64,000 bases of DNA. Source: Podarcis pityusensis. Its lineage: Eukaryota. This document shows, piece by piece, positions 1-10,829 of the stretch (positions are counted from its first letter, which is position 1; each line of letters begins with the position of its first letter). The notes beneath the pieces are model-generated. The model was not told the DNA's origin. It saw only the letters and a list, made by a program, of their open reading frames with translations, and ran no database searches. The position numbers and the translations under genes are program-made. Where the stretch lies: assembly GCA_964106645.2 (NCBI GenBank), contig OZ067046.1; one strand, written 5' to 3'.

Positions 1-59
1 CCAGAAATTTAATCCCAGAAATATGCATGTTCTTCATTCCCCCCCCATTCATCTTTCAG

Positions 60-150
60 TGAAGCCATATGAAAAAATGAACCTGAAACAACTCAAAGAA
101 GCTGAAGATGAATTTGACGAGGAAGATAGAAAAGCAGTTGAAATGTATAG
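60..150 (+). CDS. PDCL2: PDCL2 coding exon (91 nt)
   Basis: tttcag| at 59; [31 protein letters not shown]; |gtatgc. Confidence 0.9.
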
Positions 151-1520
151 GTATGCCAAGCTACTAGTAACCACTCTCAAAGCCAATACTGAGTAAGAAT
201 ATTCTAAACTGGAGATTAAGTATAGAAAAAGGACAAACTTCTTATCCATATAACCCCCCAATCCCCTTTCTAAAACACTACTGCATAATTTAACTTATTT
301 AGTTTCCCAGGGGGACTGTAATCCATGAAAGCTTCTGCTACAATAAATTTCTTAGTCTTTAAGATATCACAAGTGTCTTTGTTGCTTTAACTATCTGAAA
401 TCCATTTACTACAGGATAAATAAATTTTATTTCTAACGTTGATAGAATTTCTTTTTCATGAGCCAGTAGTGCCACCTAGTGATTACCATATCCAAAGTTC
501 CTGCATGCTGTATTCACTACTCAAAGTTGGCATATTGCTCAAATTATTTTTCTGCCCTCTTGTTATTCCTATTTCGTAACCTTGTCCACACTTATGTGGA
601 CAGGCTGCATGTGTATTTGAATAAACCGTTCCCCACATCTAACAATGCTCCTTTTTCCGAACCTGTAAGGAACAGGAGTGATCATAGCCCTCCCACCCAC
701 TGTCAAACTTTCTCCCCAGTGTCTATTAATAATCATATGAAAAGTTATTAGTTCACATGACTTTTTTAAAATTAGGAAACGACGTTTAGAAGAACTGCAA
801 AAAGGACATCGATTTGGAGAACTCAGAGAAATTTCTGGAGAACAGTATGTGAAAGAAGTTACAAATGCACAAAAAGGTGTCTGTGTTGTCATCCATTTAT
901 ACAGATCAAGGTAACAGTGAGGATTTCAAAAAGGGTGCTTTAAAATTTGGCAGAATAAAACTATATACATATAAAGTTAACTCTGGGTTATGGCTTGAAT
1001 AGGCACCCGTTCTTAATAATTTCTGACTGGTTTTCTTGAGGCAAATATCTGTACCAGATTTCTTCTAGATCTGCAGTTTAGGAACATCAATGAAAACTCC
1101 CTACGTTCATATGCTACCAGCAATTGCAATGTCCTGTCATACTAGCAAATGGGGGTTCCCTTGATAGGTAGGTCTAGCGCAGAAAGGACTGTGGGCTAGT
1201 TCACACATGGCCTAAGCCAATGTTCCTCAGCCTTGGGTCTCTAGATGATCTTGGACTACAACTCCCACCATCCTCAGGCAGCTTCACTAGTGCTCAGAGA
1301 TTATGTGAGTTGTAATCCATCAATTTACGGGGATCCAAGGTTGAAGAACTCAGGCCTAGGCTATACACATGAAAGGAGGTAGAACCATATTGTCCAAACT
1401 TCCCCACTCTGCTGCCTCCCAGATGTTTGGGACAACCTCAATAAGCCACAGCCAGCACATGGGTTACAGGTTGCCATCCTCAGCAATAGACTATTTGTGC
1501 ATTTTGCAGGGCTGCAGTCT

Positions 1521-1555
<35 letters not shown>

Positions 1556-3387
1556 CTATTATGGGGTGCTAGGAACCTCTACATAGTAAGGGGATGCATC
1601 CTAGAATGAGCGTGAATACAAATGGCGTATTGGCTTTTGTTCTGGGGCAAGAAAACGCAGCACAGCTTTATATGCATAGGACGATAGCTATGGGAACATG
1701 TCATGGTTTTCAGTCTCATGCTAATGGGCTAGTGCAATGGGCTTAGAAATGTACTCAGTAAAGGGCTCAGAAATATTGGGTGCAACATGCTGAACTGAGC
1801 AGGGAAACAACTGGAGTGAAACTCAGCCATACAGTTAAACCCAAAGTAACATACTGCCCTTCTGATGTGAAAATGCGAGTGTGAATTTAGGGGAATGGTT
1901 GATAGCGGTTTGGTGTATGGTTTTTTTTTTTTTAAATCTAGCATTTTCTTATTTGTGCCAAAGCTTAACCATCAAACACATTTGCTCTTTTGGATTTTTA
2001 AAGCATTCCATTGTGTGTGTTAATTAATCGACACCTCAGCCTACTGGCCACAAAGTTTCCGGAAACCAAGTTTGTGAAAGCCATTGCAAACAGCTGTATT
2101 GAAAATTACCACGACAGTTGCTTACCTACATTATTTGTGTATGAAAATGGAGAGATAAAGGGCAAGTTCATTGGAATCAGAGAATGTGGAGGAACAAATC
2201 TTACAGTAGAAGGTAATGCTCAAAACACTTCAGCAAACTAGAGGCCAGTAGACAAAGATTTGGCTGGTTAGTGCAAATTTATGTGAACTGCAGCCTTCTT
2301 TATCTTTGCAGTTCTTAGCCATATTAATGACTCCTTTCCACCCATTCTTTATCCAAGTTTTACCTCTCTCAAGCTCTTCCTTTCCAGCCTTAACCGTTCT
2401 CTCATATTGTTCTGTAGCATTGCTTGTTTCAGTCCCTATTTCCAAATCCTCTTCCTTTCCTGTTTATCTAGACCTCCTGATCTGACTGCCCTGGTCCTCC
2501 TTAAGATCTATGAGCTCAACCAAACACCAGTGGCAACTCTTTGGATTACAGCTACTGAGCCAATGGCCACTAGAGACTCTTCTGGCTGCTCTGTCTCCCA
2601 GTGATGGGCATAATAGCTGAGAGATCGCCCCCAATGCTGCTACTGAATTGCTTAATGTATTGTAATATAAATTTTACAGTAAAATGTTGCAGCAGTTCAT
2701 AAAAGAACATGTGAAGTGTGAAATGCTTCACTGTGGAATAACCAAGATAACTATTCACTGAATACTGTAACTTTACCAAACATCTTTGGTGTAAGTTCGT
2801 AACTAAAGGCAATAATTGTTTACTTAAAGACATGTATTAAATAGCTTTTTAGAAAAGGACTAGAATGGGCTGCCTTGCTATTTTTTTAGTGAAGGTAACT
2901 TTAAGGTATGTGTAGCAATTCAGAGCTAGTAATTTCTGTATACTTATTTACAAGGCTGGTTTTTAAATTACTCTAATAGTGTTGTGCTATCCAGTGTAAA
3001 ATAATAACTTCCTCCCACTATATTTTAGCTAACCATTGAGTTCTATCTGTGAATACTATGTACATGAGTTGTATCATGAAAGTAAAAATTTCATGTACCA
3101 GCCCCTGGATTGGATGTAAGTAAAAAGGCAAACAGGTGCAGATTGAGGTTGGTGGGGCAGTGCCCCATTGGCCCAAACATACTGGATCATAATACTGGGA
3201 TATAAATGATTTACTGCTAAATATATTGCTACTTCAGTTTGTCTCAACAGTCTTTGTTATTTCAGAACTTGAGTGGAAACTGGCAGAGGTTGGTGCTCTG
3301 AAAACCGATTTGGAAGAAAACCCCAAGAAGGAAGTTGTGGATATGATGACATCTTCACTTAGAAATGCCTCCATAAATGATGTTTAG
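60..3387 (+). CDS. PDCL2: Phosducin-like protein 2, 3' part (last 4 coding exons; 5' exons lie upstream of the window)
   Basis: Exons 60-150, 776-910, 2004-2212 and 3266-3387 are all AG/GT-bounded and in phase. They encode [23 protein letters not shown]...[19 protein letters not shown]...[52 protein letters not shown]...[21 protein letters not shown], a phosducin/thioredoxin-like fold. Synteny with CLOCK favours PDCL2 over PDCL3. Confidence 0.93.
776..910 (+). CDS. PDCL2: PDCL2 coding exon (135 nt)
   Basis: attag|; [44 protein letters not shown]; |gtaaca. Confidence 0.9.
1524..1552. repeat. (TA)n microsatellite
   Basis: Seen directly. Confidence 0.95.
2004..2212 (+). CDS. PDCL2: PDCL2 coding exon (209 nt)
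   Basis: ttaaag|; [27 protein letters not shown]...CGGTNLTVE; |gtaatg; overlaps ORF 2011..2241. Confidence 0.93.
3266..3387 (+). CDS. PDCL2: PDCL2 terminal coding exon
   Basis: tttcag|; [40 protein letters not shown]; TAG at 3385-3387. Confidence 0.9.
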
Positions 3388-3524
3388 ACAAACATTAACA
3401 GGACATGTAAAGACACAAACACCGCTTGAGCAGAAGAACACTTGAAGAAGCACCTGGCATTTCCGCGTTTACGTTTGGTTGGATTACTGCTTAAATCAAC
3501 ACTGCTTAGGAATAAGAATAAGTA

Positions 3525-3530
3525 AATAAA
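3525..3530 (+). terminator. Candidate PDCL2 polyadenylation signal (a second AATAAA at 3858-3863)
   Basis: AATAAA about 140 nt after the stop codon. Confidence 0.5.
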
Positions 3531-5478
3531 AACGGCACAAATGCAACCCACTTGCTGTTTTCACATTCGTAACGTATTTTCTGCTCCAGTCCAGAGCTCT
3601 GTGTGCACTCAGACATTAGCCCAACTATCTGCCAAGGGGGCTTATTTCCTAAAAAGTGTGTTCAGTATTGCATCCATCACTCATTTGTTCATAAGTCATC
3701 TTTCCAGTGAGAGATTTGTGGCTCTCACTGTCACACAAAGGACAAATGAATCAAGGTACTGTAAAAGTATTGTAAAAATCAGATACTGGCCTTTAAAAGC
3801 TCTGATATCCACCTGAAAACAGAATTTGGTTTCTAATTATAATACTGGTATTCATGAAATAAACTTGGATGCTATGGTTCTTCCAACCTCCTTATCAAGC
3901 AAAAATGTGCTTTTACTCTCTGAGATGCTGGCTCCTAATCAAATCATTCTTTAGCTTGTGGGTCAAGCCAGAAAATGAGAGAATATGAGAAGCTAAAACT
4001 CAGAACCTCTACTATGGGTCTGGAAAGTCCCAACCCTGAAAGCATGTACAGAACACATGTAGGAGCACCAGGTCACTAGTGTTGGGAATTATTGTTTATG
4101 GGTTTGTAAAAAGCAGAACTGGACTCAACAGAGGGAAATAGCTTCAAAAAAATCACTGCCTGTATCCTTGGCCATGCCATAGTGAGCACCCAAAACCATG
4201 TGGGAAAGTATTGCGCAGACACACAGTTTGGTTAGAGTTGACCCATTGAAATCAATGGGTATTAAATCCACTGATTTAAATGGATCTACTCTTATGAGGT
4301 AGCTGGATATCAGCCAGTATTTTTAGTGCTGGGCATTGTACATTCTAAGTCATATCTTGTTAATACATGCAGGGCTGCGAGACTCATTCAGATTAAATCA
4401 AGCTTAAGAAGCAACAGAACATATTGTCTGAGAAAATAGTCCCAAGGTATTTAAAAAAAGATTGGCTGAGTATTTATAGTGCCTTTCTTCTTTGTTAATT
4501 TTTGAAATTTGTTAATACGTGAGAAGGGTGAAGTGAGTTTCACAACCACACCCACAGCAGATATACCGGTAGTTGTTCAAAAACACTCATAGTTATTTCT
4601 CCTGAGAACTGGATTATTAAAAATATTAATAAAAAATATTAGCTGGTCCAGAGATCAGTAATTAACCCCAAATTCTGAAAGCCTGTGTTGTACATGCAAT
4701 GTTCTGTTAGCACCTTAGAGGTTTGTGTAGTTCATTCATTCCTAGCTAGACAAAACACATGCAGGAGAATGATGAAGCAGTACACTTTGTGGTGTGTGTG
4801 TTTAATAGGGATCATTTGGCAAAGAGAGATTGGGGGGCACCTTCTCTGCACAACAATTGTGAGCTTTGCATTCCTTAGCAGCAGCTTACTGATTCCTACT
4901 ATAACTGATCTCCCCAGAGCAGGTAAACACCAACTCAAAATCTGAATTTATTAAAAACAATAATTTCTTGTTTAATGAACATTTACACATCTATTTATTT
5001 ATGCATTAAAATATCTCTCTGCCGCATATTCTCAAGTAAGAGAATTTGCCTGCATCGGCTTCAGTCAAGTAGTTTGCTACAGCACATAATTAACCTTTAA
5101 ATAGAATGGTTTCATAGTGTGGGTGATAAATGAAATAAAAGGTGAAGTCATTTGTGTGTTGCACACTCACAAAAACTGCAGATAACTGAGCACAGTTTCA
5201 AGCTTTTATTCAGCAGTAACCTCATTTTAAGAATGAAGCAGTGACGACTAAAAAATATTGATGGAGGTGTGTGAAGACTGCAGAAAGATCTGAGAAGAAT
5301 CTTAATAGCTGTTACTCATAGTCACAGGTAGGCACTTCATACTGAACCATTACCTAAGTATATAGGCCTACATTTGCACTTATTCATCTGCTGTTACCCT
5401 TACTCTTCGCCCCTTTACTCGCAAACCACTTGGGGAAAGCAATCCTGCCTCACTCACCACAAACACAGGTATGAGTAT

Positions 5479-5868
5479 TGTCAGGGAACTGCCATCGGCT
5501 CAGAGGCGAGAAATAGAAGGGCAGTTGTGTTACAGGGAGCCTCCGAAAATCTTGCAAAGCAGTTCCTCTTCTGGAGAGGAGGAAAGCCCCACCTCCAGTG
5601 GAGAAGAGGTGCAAGGACCAGAGGATGCTAGTGAGAGCCTTAACGCTGCTCCTGAGCAAGCTGGAGAGGGGGGAAGCACGCCCTTGCCATCGCCCATCCT
5701 GCACAGTAGTGTGGGCACAGGGAGGGGTGGAAACAGTTGGGGGTAACAAAACTTTTATGTTGGGGGAGGTACAAAAAAAGACCACTCCCGGATTCTGCTA
5801 GCAATTGAGCCAGACATGAGTCGGAGTCCTGCCTGCTTACTCTCGAGCAACCACAACAGCACCTGACA
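5479..5868. mobile_element. Solo LTR (probably Gypsy-type), 390 bp
   Basis: Termini TGTCAGG...CCTGACA; perfect 5-bp TSD AGTAT at 5474-5478 and 5869-5873; GC-rich relative to flanks. Confidence 0.8.
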
Positions 5869-6362
5869 AGTATTCTGAAAGGAATATGACAATAAAGATT
5901 ACTACAAGATAATTTTTAAACGAATGAATAGTTTGAGGAGCATTGGTGCTGCAGTGTGCCTCGCTTTGGAAAAACAGGCAGGCATGACCCAGATCAGTTT
6001 CTGGGATGGATGATAGCTCAGGGAACTCCATGTAAACATGCCACCCTTCCTCCTTTTTAAAGAGGAAGTGGGATTTCATGAGCATCCTACTGTTTAGTTT
6101 CTTAATGTGGCATGTTCTGCTGTGAATGAAGCTCTACACACTATGGCAAGATGTGATGGAAACAAGCCTAAATTAAGAATGACACATGAAACAAAAAGAT
6201 TCGATGACTGGGTGGTTCATTGAGTGGTAAGACATCCAGGCAAGGGCACTAAGAGACCAATTTAACTGAATGTTTACATTGCTGACTAGCAATTTGTGCC
6301 TACAGGAACTCTGTTAGAGGGGCCCTGTCCCACTCAATTTGTCCAAAACCCTGCATCTTCTT

Positions 6363-6900
6363 CTTCTTCTTTTTTTAAAAGATGTTTATTAAGATTTTCA
6401 AAATATTACAAAATGAAAAAAGAAAAAAGAAAAATACAAAATAAAAGTAGTTAAAAACAACTCAGTCTTTCCATTACTTATCTTTCATTTGCTTGTTTCC
6501 CGGACCTCCTCGCACCTCCCTTTTTTGTATTCCAATTCAATTTGTTAGTTCAGCAAATCCTTCCCCTCTTTGTTTATCCTAGTCTTTAATCTTAAAATAT
6601 TGTAACATTAAATTTTTACCTATTAATAATCCATTTTTAATAATCCATTTCATATTCCCTTATAATATTACAGCTAAAAACCAGTTAATTTCTATCCAAC
6701 ATCATTCTAACATTCATTAATTTTGCAGTATTTCTGTAAATAGTCTTTTCCCATTCTTTCTTTCACCAATTAATCATCCACTTTTACTTTATTTAATCTT
6801 ATCTCTCTTAAATCTTATATATCTAAGCTTATTCTTAAAACGTTTCCCCTAGGGTCAGAAAAAATTCCATTCCACGATTTGCCCATCCCTCATTAAAACA
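6363..6900 (-). mobile_element. 5'-truncated non-LTR retrotransposon (L1-like 3' end)
   Basis: 18-bp TSD AAAACCCTGCATCTTCTT at 6345-6362 and 6901-6918; minus strand ends in AATAAA plus an A-rich tail; ORF2-end-like remnant (...DYLQKYCKIN). Confidence 0.75.
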
Positions 6901-8292
6901 AAAACCCTGCATCTTCTTGGCAAAGTAATATCGCATGAAGAAAGCACTCATTTCCACAAGAGCTAAAGCCAGCCTCATTCCCTACAGACCCTCTCAGGTG
7001 TGAAGAGCTGTAGGGTTAGATAGTTCTGCTGCCCTTGGGAGTTCAGAGTGACTGCATGATGGCCTGGGAGATGGCATTCTTTGTGGCAGCCCCTCAGTTG
7101 TGGGATCCCCTCCCACAGCATTAAGCATATAGTGCTGATAGCACACTGCTTTACCCTGGCCTTTGAAACCTGAGATCTGTGTTATCGGGAACCACACTAT
7201 TCCTGAGACTGTAGCTTGTTTTCAGAATTTTTAATATTGAATTTAGAATGGTTTTAACGTGCCCTGGGACCTGCTGATGAAGAGCAGATAATAAATATAA
7301 TAATATTAATAAATGGCAACTTTTTCTGGAAAACATCTTGGAGCATACCAACAGCTTATTTAATTCAATGTATTTGTGCTACTCTATAAAATAATGAAAG
7401 TAACAAAACAATCTTGTACATGCCTATCCAAAAGTAAGTCCTATTTAATTCAATAGGGCCTATTCCCAGCAGGAGTATCATTACACTGTGAAGGAGAAAA
7501 GTTTGCCATTAAAAAGCATGATTTTTTTTTCTTTTCCGAGTCAGTTCGTTGAGAATATTATGGTATTCTATCTTCTTCTGGGTCCTCTTGGCTTCCAGTC
7601 ATATGTGTCCTTTGCATCTGGCCTTTCTATTGCACAACACGTGGAGTTATTAGTATATTTAAAAGATGAGGGTTTGTCAAGATTAAATGGCCTTGATATG
7701 GCTTTCTTCCCCTGGATAAGTTTGAAAAGGTGTCCCTAAATCAAATACAACCACCAGTTCTTTTCCCCTTGTGCAAATTGTATTTACACATATTAAGGCT
7801 TTGTCTCAGTAGGTGATAAGAACTAACAATACTATTATTCAATACTTTGCTTCCCTCGTGAAATCAAAATGAAATGTTTTCTCAAGCAGCTCCCAGAACA
7901 GTGAACACACCCCCTAATTGCAACTGAAGAATAACCCAGTTAATATTGCCTTTTGAAATTCCATATTTCCCTTTGTCCAACAATTGTTTATAAAATTATT
8001 CCTATTCCACCATTTTGGATATAGCCTACACAAGGAGGCTCACCATATCATAAAAAGGATCTAATAGAACCAAAAATAATACAGGCAACAATAAATAAAC
8101 AGGCCAGTTAAAACAATTATTAAGTTACATATGGAATTCTCACTGTACCTGTCTGCTGCAGCTTTGGGTCTATAAAGGAATCTGTGGGTATCCTTATGTG
8201 GGATAAAGTCACTTCCCATAGATGAGCAAAGTACTTAAAATGGTGTTTTAATTCTATGCATATTTTAGCCCATTGCTACCCTACACCTTAGA

Positions 8293-8647
8293 GGGACGAG
8301 GGTGGCACTGTGGTCTAAACCACTGAGCCTAGGGCTTGCCGATCAGAAGGTCAGTGGTTTGAATCCCTGCGACGGGGTGAGCTCCCATTGCTTGGTCCCA
8401 GCTCCTGCCAACCTAGCAGTTCGAAAGCACATCAAAGTGCAAGTAGATAAATAGGTACCACTACAGCGGGAAGGTAAATGGTGTTTCTGTGCGCTGCTCG
8501 GGTTCACCAGAAGCAGCTTAGTCATGCTGGCCACATGACCCAGAAGCTGTACTCCGGCTCCCTCGGCCAGTAAAGCAAGATGAGCGTCGCAACCCCAGAG
8601 TTGTTCGTGACTGGACCTAACAGTCAGGGTACCTTTACCTTTACCTT
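8293..8647 (+). mobile_element. Sauria SINE, near full length
   Basis: tRNA-like head (GGTGGCACTGTGG...GGTTTGAATCC), core GTGCAAGTAGATAAATAGGTACC, tail CATGCTGGCCACATGACC and (ACCTTT)n end. Confidence 0.9.
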
Positions 8648-9348
8648 ACTGAATTCTTACTTGAGTTGAAATCAATTTCTTCCCATCCCCGATTAAACCT
8701 TCTGGTTTAATAAAAAAGCTACAGTAGTTATGTATATGTTGGTCTTTATACTACTTTTTGTAAACCTTTAACGGCAAAGCTTTTCTACAAAAGGGCATGC
8801 TCTTTCTTGGCGTTTGTTTATACAGCTTACATATCCAACCAATTCTATGTGAAACTAAAACTGTTTTAAGGCTCACCTAGTAAGTTGCTTGGCAACCTCA
8901 GTTACAAAACTTATATAGATAAGATAAATGGCATACACTGGGCATTAATTACCTCAAGTCATGTGTGCAGTAGTATTAACACATTCTACAAGGGCTAAAT
9001 TGTTACCAGTGATATATTTACAAGACCTAATGCTTGAACAAGGTATGTCAACTGTGCTTTATTTCTCTGCTGATCTTTCACATAAAGGGAAGACAATTTC
9101 AATTAAAAAACAAAATTCTAGAGCAGTGCCATCTGTTGTGTGTAGAGTCAAAGGAACAGCATTTCAATCATCATTCATAATAAAAATATAGAGGGGATCT
9201 AAAGCTGTTTCATAATTGTTTTAAAGAACTTACTGTGAATACATGGTGTTCAAGTTCAGTAGTGAACCATGGCAACCACAGTAATAGACATGAATTGCAT
9301 TAGATTTCAATATTAACCATGCTTGTAGCTTAACCATAAGCTCTAAAC

Positions 9349-9475
9349 CAGGGATAGCCAATGTGGTGCCCTCCAGATGTTGGGGATTTCAACTTCCATC
9401 AGCCCTAGCCACCACGGCCAATAGCTAGGGATGATGGGAATTGTAATCCAAAACAATTGGATAACACTACATTGC
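9349..9475. mobile_element. Degraded hAT-type MITE
   Basis: CCCTCCAGATGTTGG...CAACTTCCATCAGCCC...GGGATGATGGGAATTGTA, the same palindromic core as the copies at 33942 and 60905. Confidence 0.55.
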
Positions 9476-10449
9476 CTCCCCCTCCCCTTATGCACTGCGA
9501 GGGTGTTGTGACTGCACCGTTCCTGCTCTTCCAGGAAGCTCAGTGGTAGATGTTGGATGTTACATTTGCAGAGGAGAATAACGTATACCTGTAGATCTAA
9601 TGCATCCACACCAGGGTGGTCCAACATGCGGCCCACAAGGCCTTTTTGGTGGCCCTCAGCAACATTTGATGTCCCCACCCCCCCGCCCTGTATTCCCAAA
9701 GCTGGGTAAATGAGGTGCTGGGCTTAGGGAAGGAGGCTTTGAGTCTTCCCTCCTCCTTCCCAAAGCCTAGGTAGCCGTTTTCAAACTTTGGGAAGACAGT
9801 GTGAGAGCTGGGACATCAAATTTTGGCCTCGCTTCCCCTGCATGACAAGGTAGTGTGTGGCCTGAGAGTTATGTGTCAAAGTATTATTGCAGCCCATTTG
9901 GTATGAAAAGTTGGGCTGCCCCGATGTACACTCTGAAGATCCCAACTTTGCAGTGTACAGATTGCAGGATAGTCAAACTTGCATGTACTGGCCTCTATAC
10001 AAATACTATATCTAATAAGGGGATGGTGGGTATGGAGGAAGAGTGGTATGCTAGCATGGTTTCTGTTTGTTACAGCATGTAAAATACTGGCACATGTAAT
10101 GTAGCTGTATAGTGTTGTGCATATTAGTATACTTTTAGAATTCAGCATGCCTGCATGTATTTTTGCTGCTACATTTCCTTAGCAAGGCTCTTTCACCCTA
10201 AATGGTTGGACCAGGAAGAAGTGCAACAAGAAAAGTTTTCAGTCATGCTCACTGCATTTCTGCCAGATTACTCTGCCTACCAAATTTCTGACAGCTATTA
10301 CAGCTCCTGTCATCCCTGCTGCTCCCAGATGTTGATGAAAGTTGGAAGTCTAATGTTCAGAGGGACAGATAGTCCCCTTACCGTCTGTAATGGAACCTTT
10401 CAGAACCAGGCTTCACATCTGAGCAGTGGATTGTATCGAGACATCTCCA

Positions 10450-10693
10450 AGAATCATAGAATTGTAGAGCTGGAAGGGACTCCAAGGATCATCTAGTCCA
10501 GCCCCCGGCAAATGCAGGAATCTCAACTAAAGCATCCATGACAGGTGGCCATCCAACCTCTGCTTAAAAACCTCAAAGGAAGGAAAGTCCACCACCTCCC
10601 TTGGGAGTCCGTTCCACGGTGGAACAGATTACTGTCTGAAAGTCCTTCCAGATGTTTAGCTGGAATCTCCTTTTTTGTAACTTGAATCCATTG
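10450..10693 (-). mobile_element. CR1 LINE 3' fragment
   Basis: Minus strand reads ...GGACTAGATGATCC...CCCTTCCAGCTCTACAATTCTATGATTCT, the CR1 3' terminus with the ATTCTRTG repeat. Confidence 0.85.
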
Positions 10694-10829
10694 AAATGCC
10701 ATCTTCTTCTTTGTCCAAAAACTCAAGGCAGTCTTGTATTGATTGACCTTTTTGCCTCACCTGAATTTTTTATTTTGAAAAACCCTCATTCTTTGCGTCA
10801 GCTTCTGAAACACTGAACTTTTAAATCTG

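Noticed and set aside
5374-5801. Overlapping S/E/G-rich ORFs
   Set aside because: They lie mostly inside the solo LTR; low-complexity artefacts.
8293-8375. tRNA-like A/B boxes
   Set aside because: This is the head of a Sauria SINE, not a tRNA gene.
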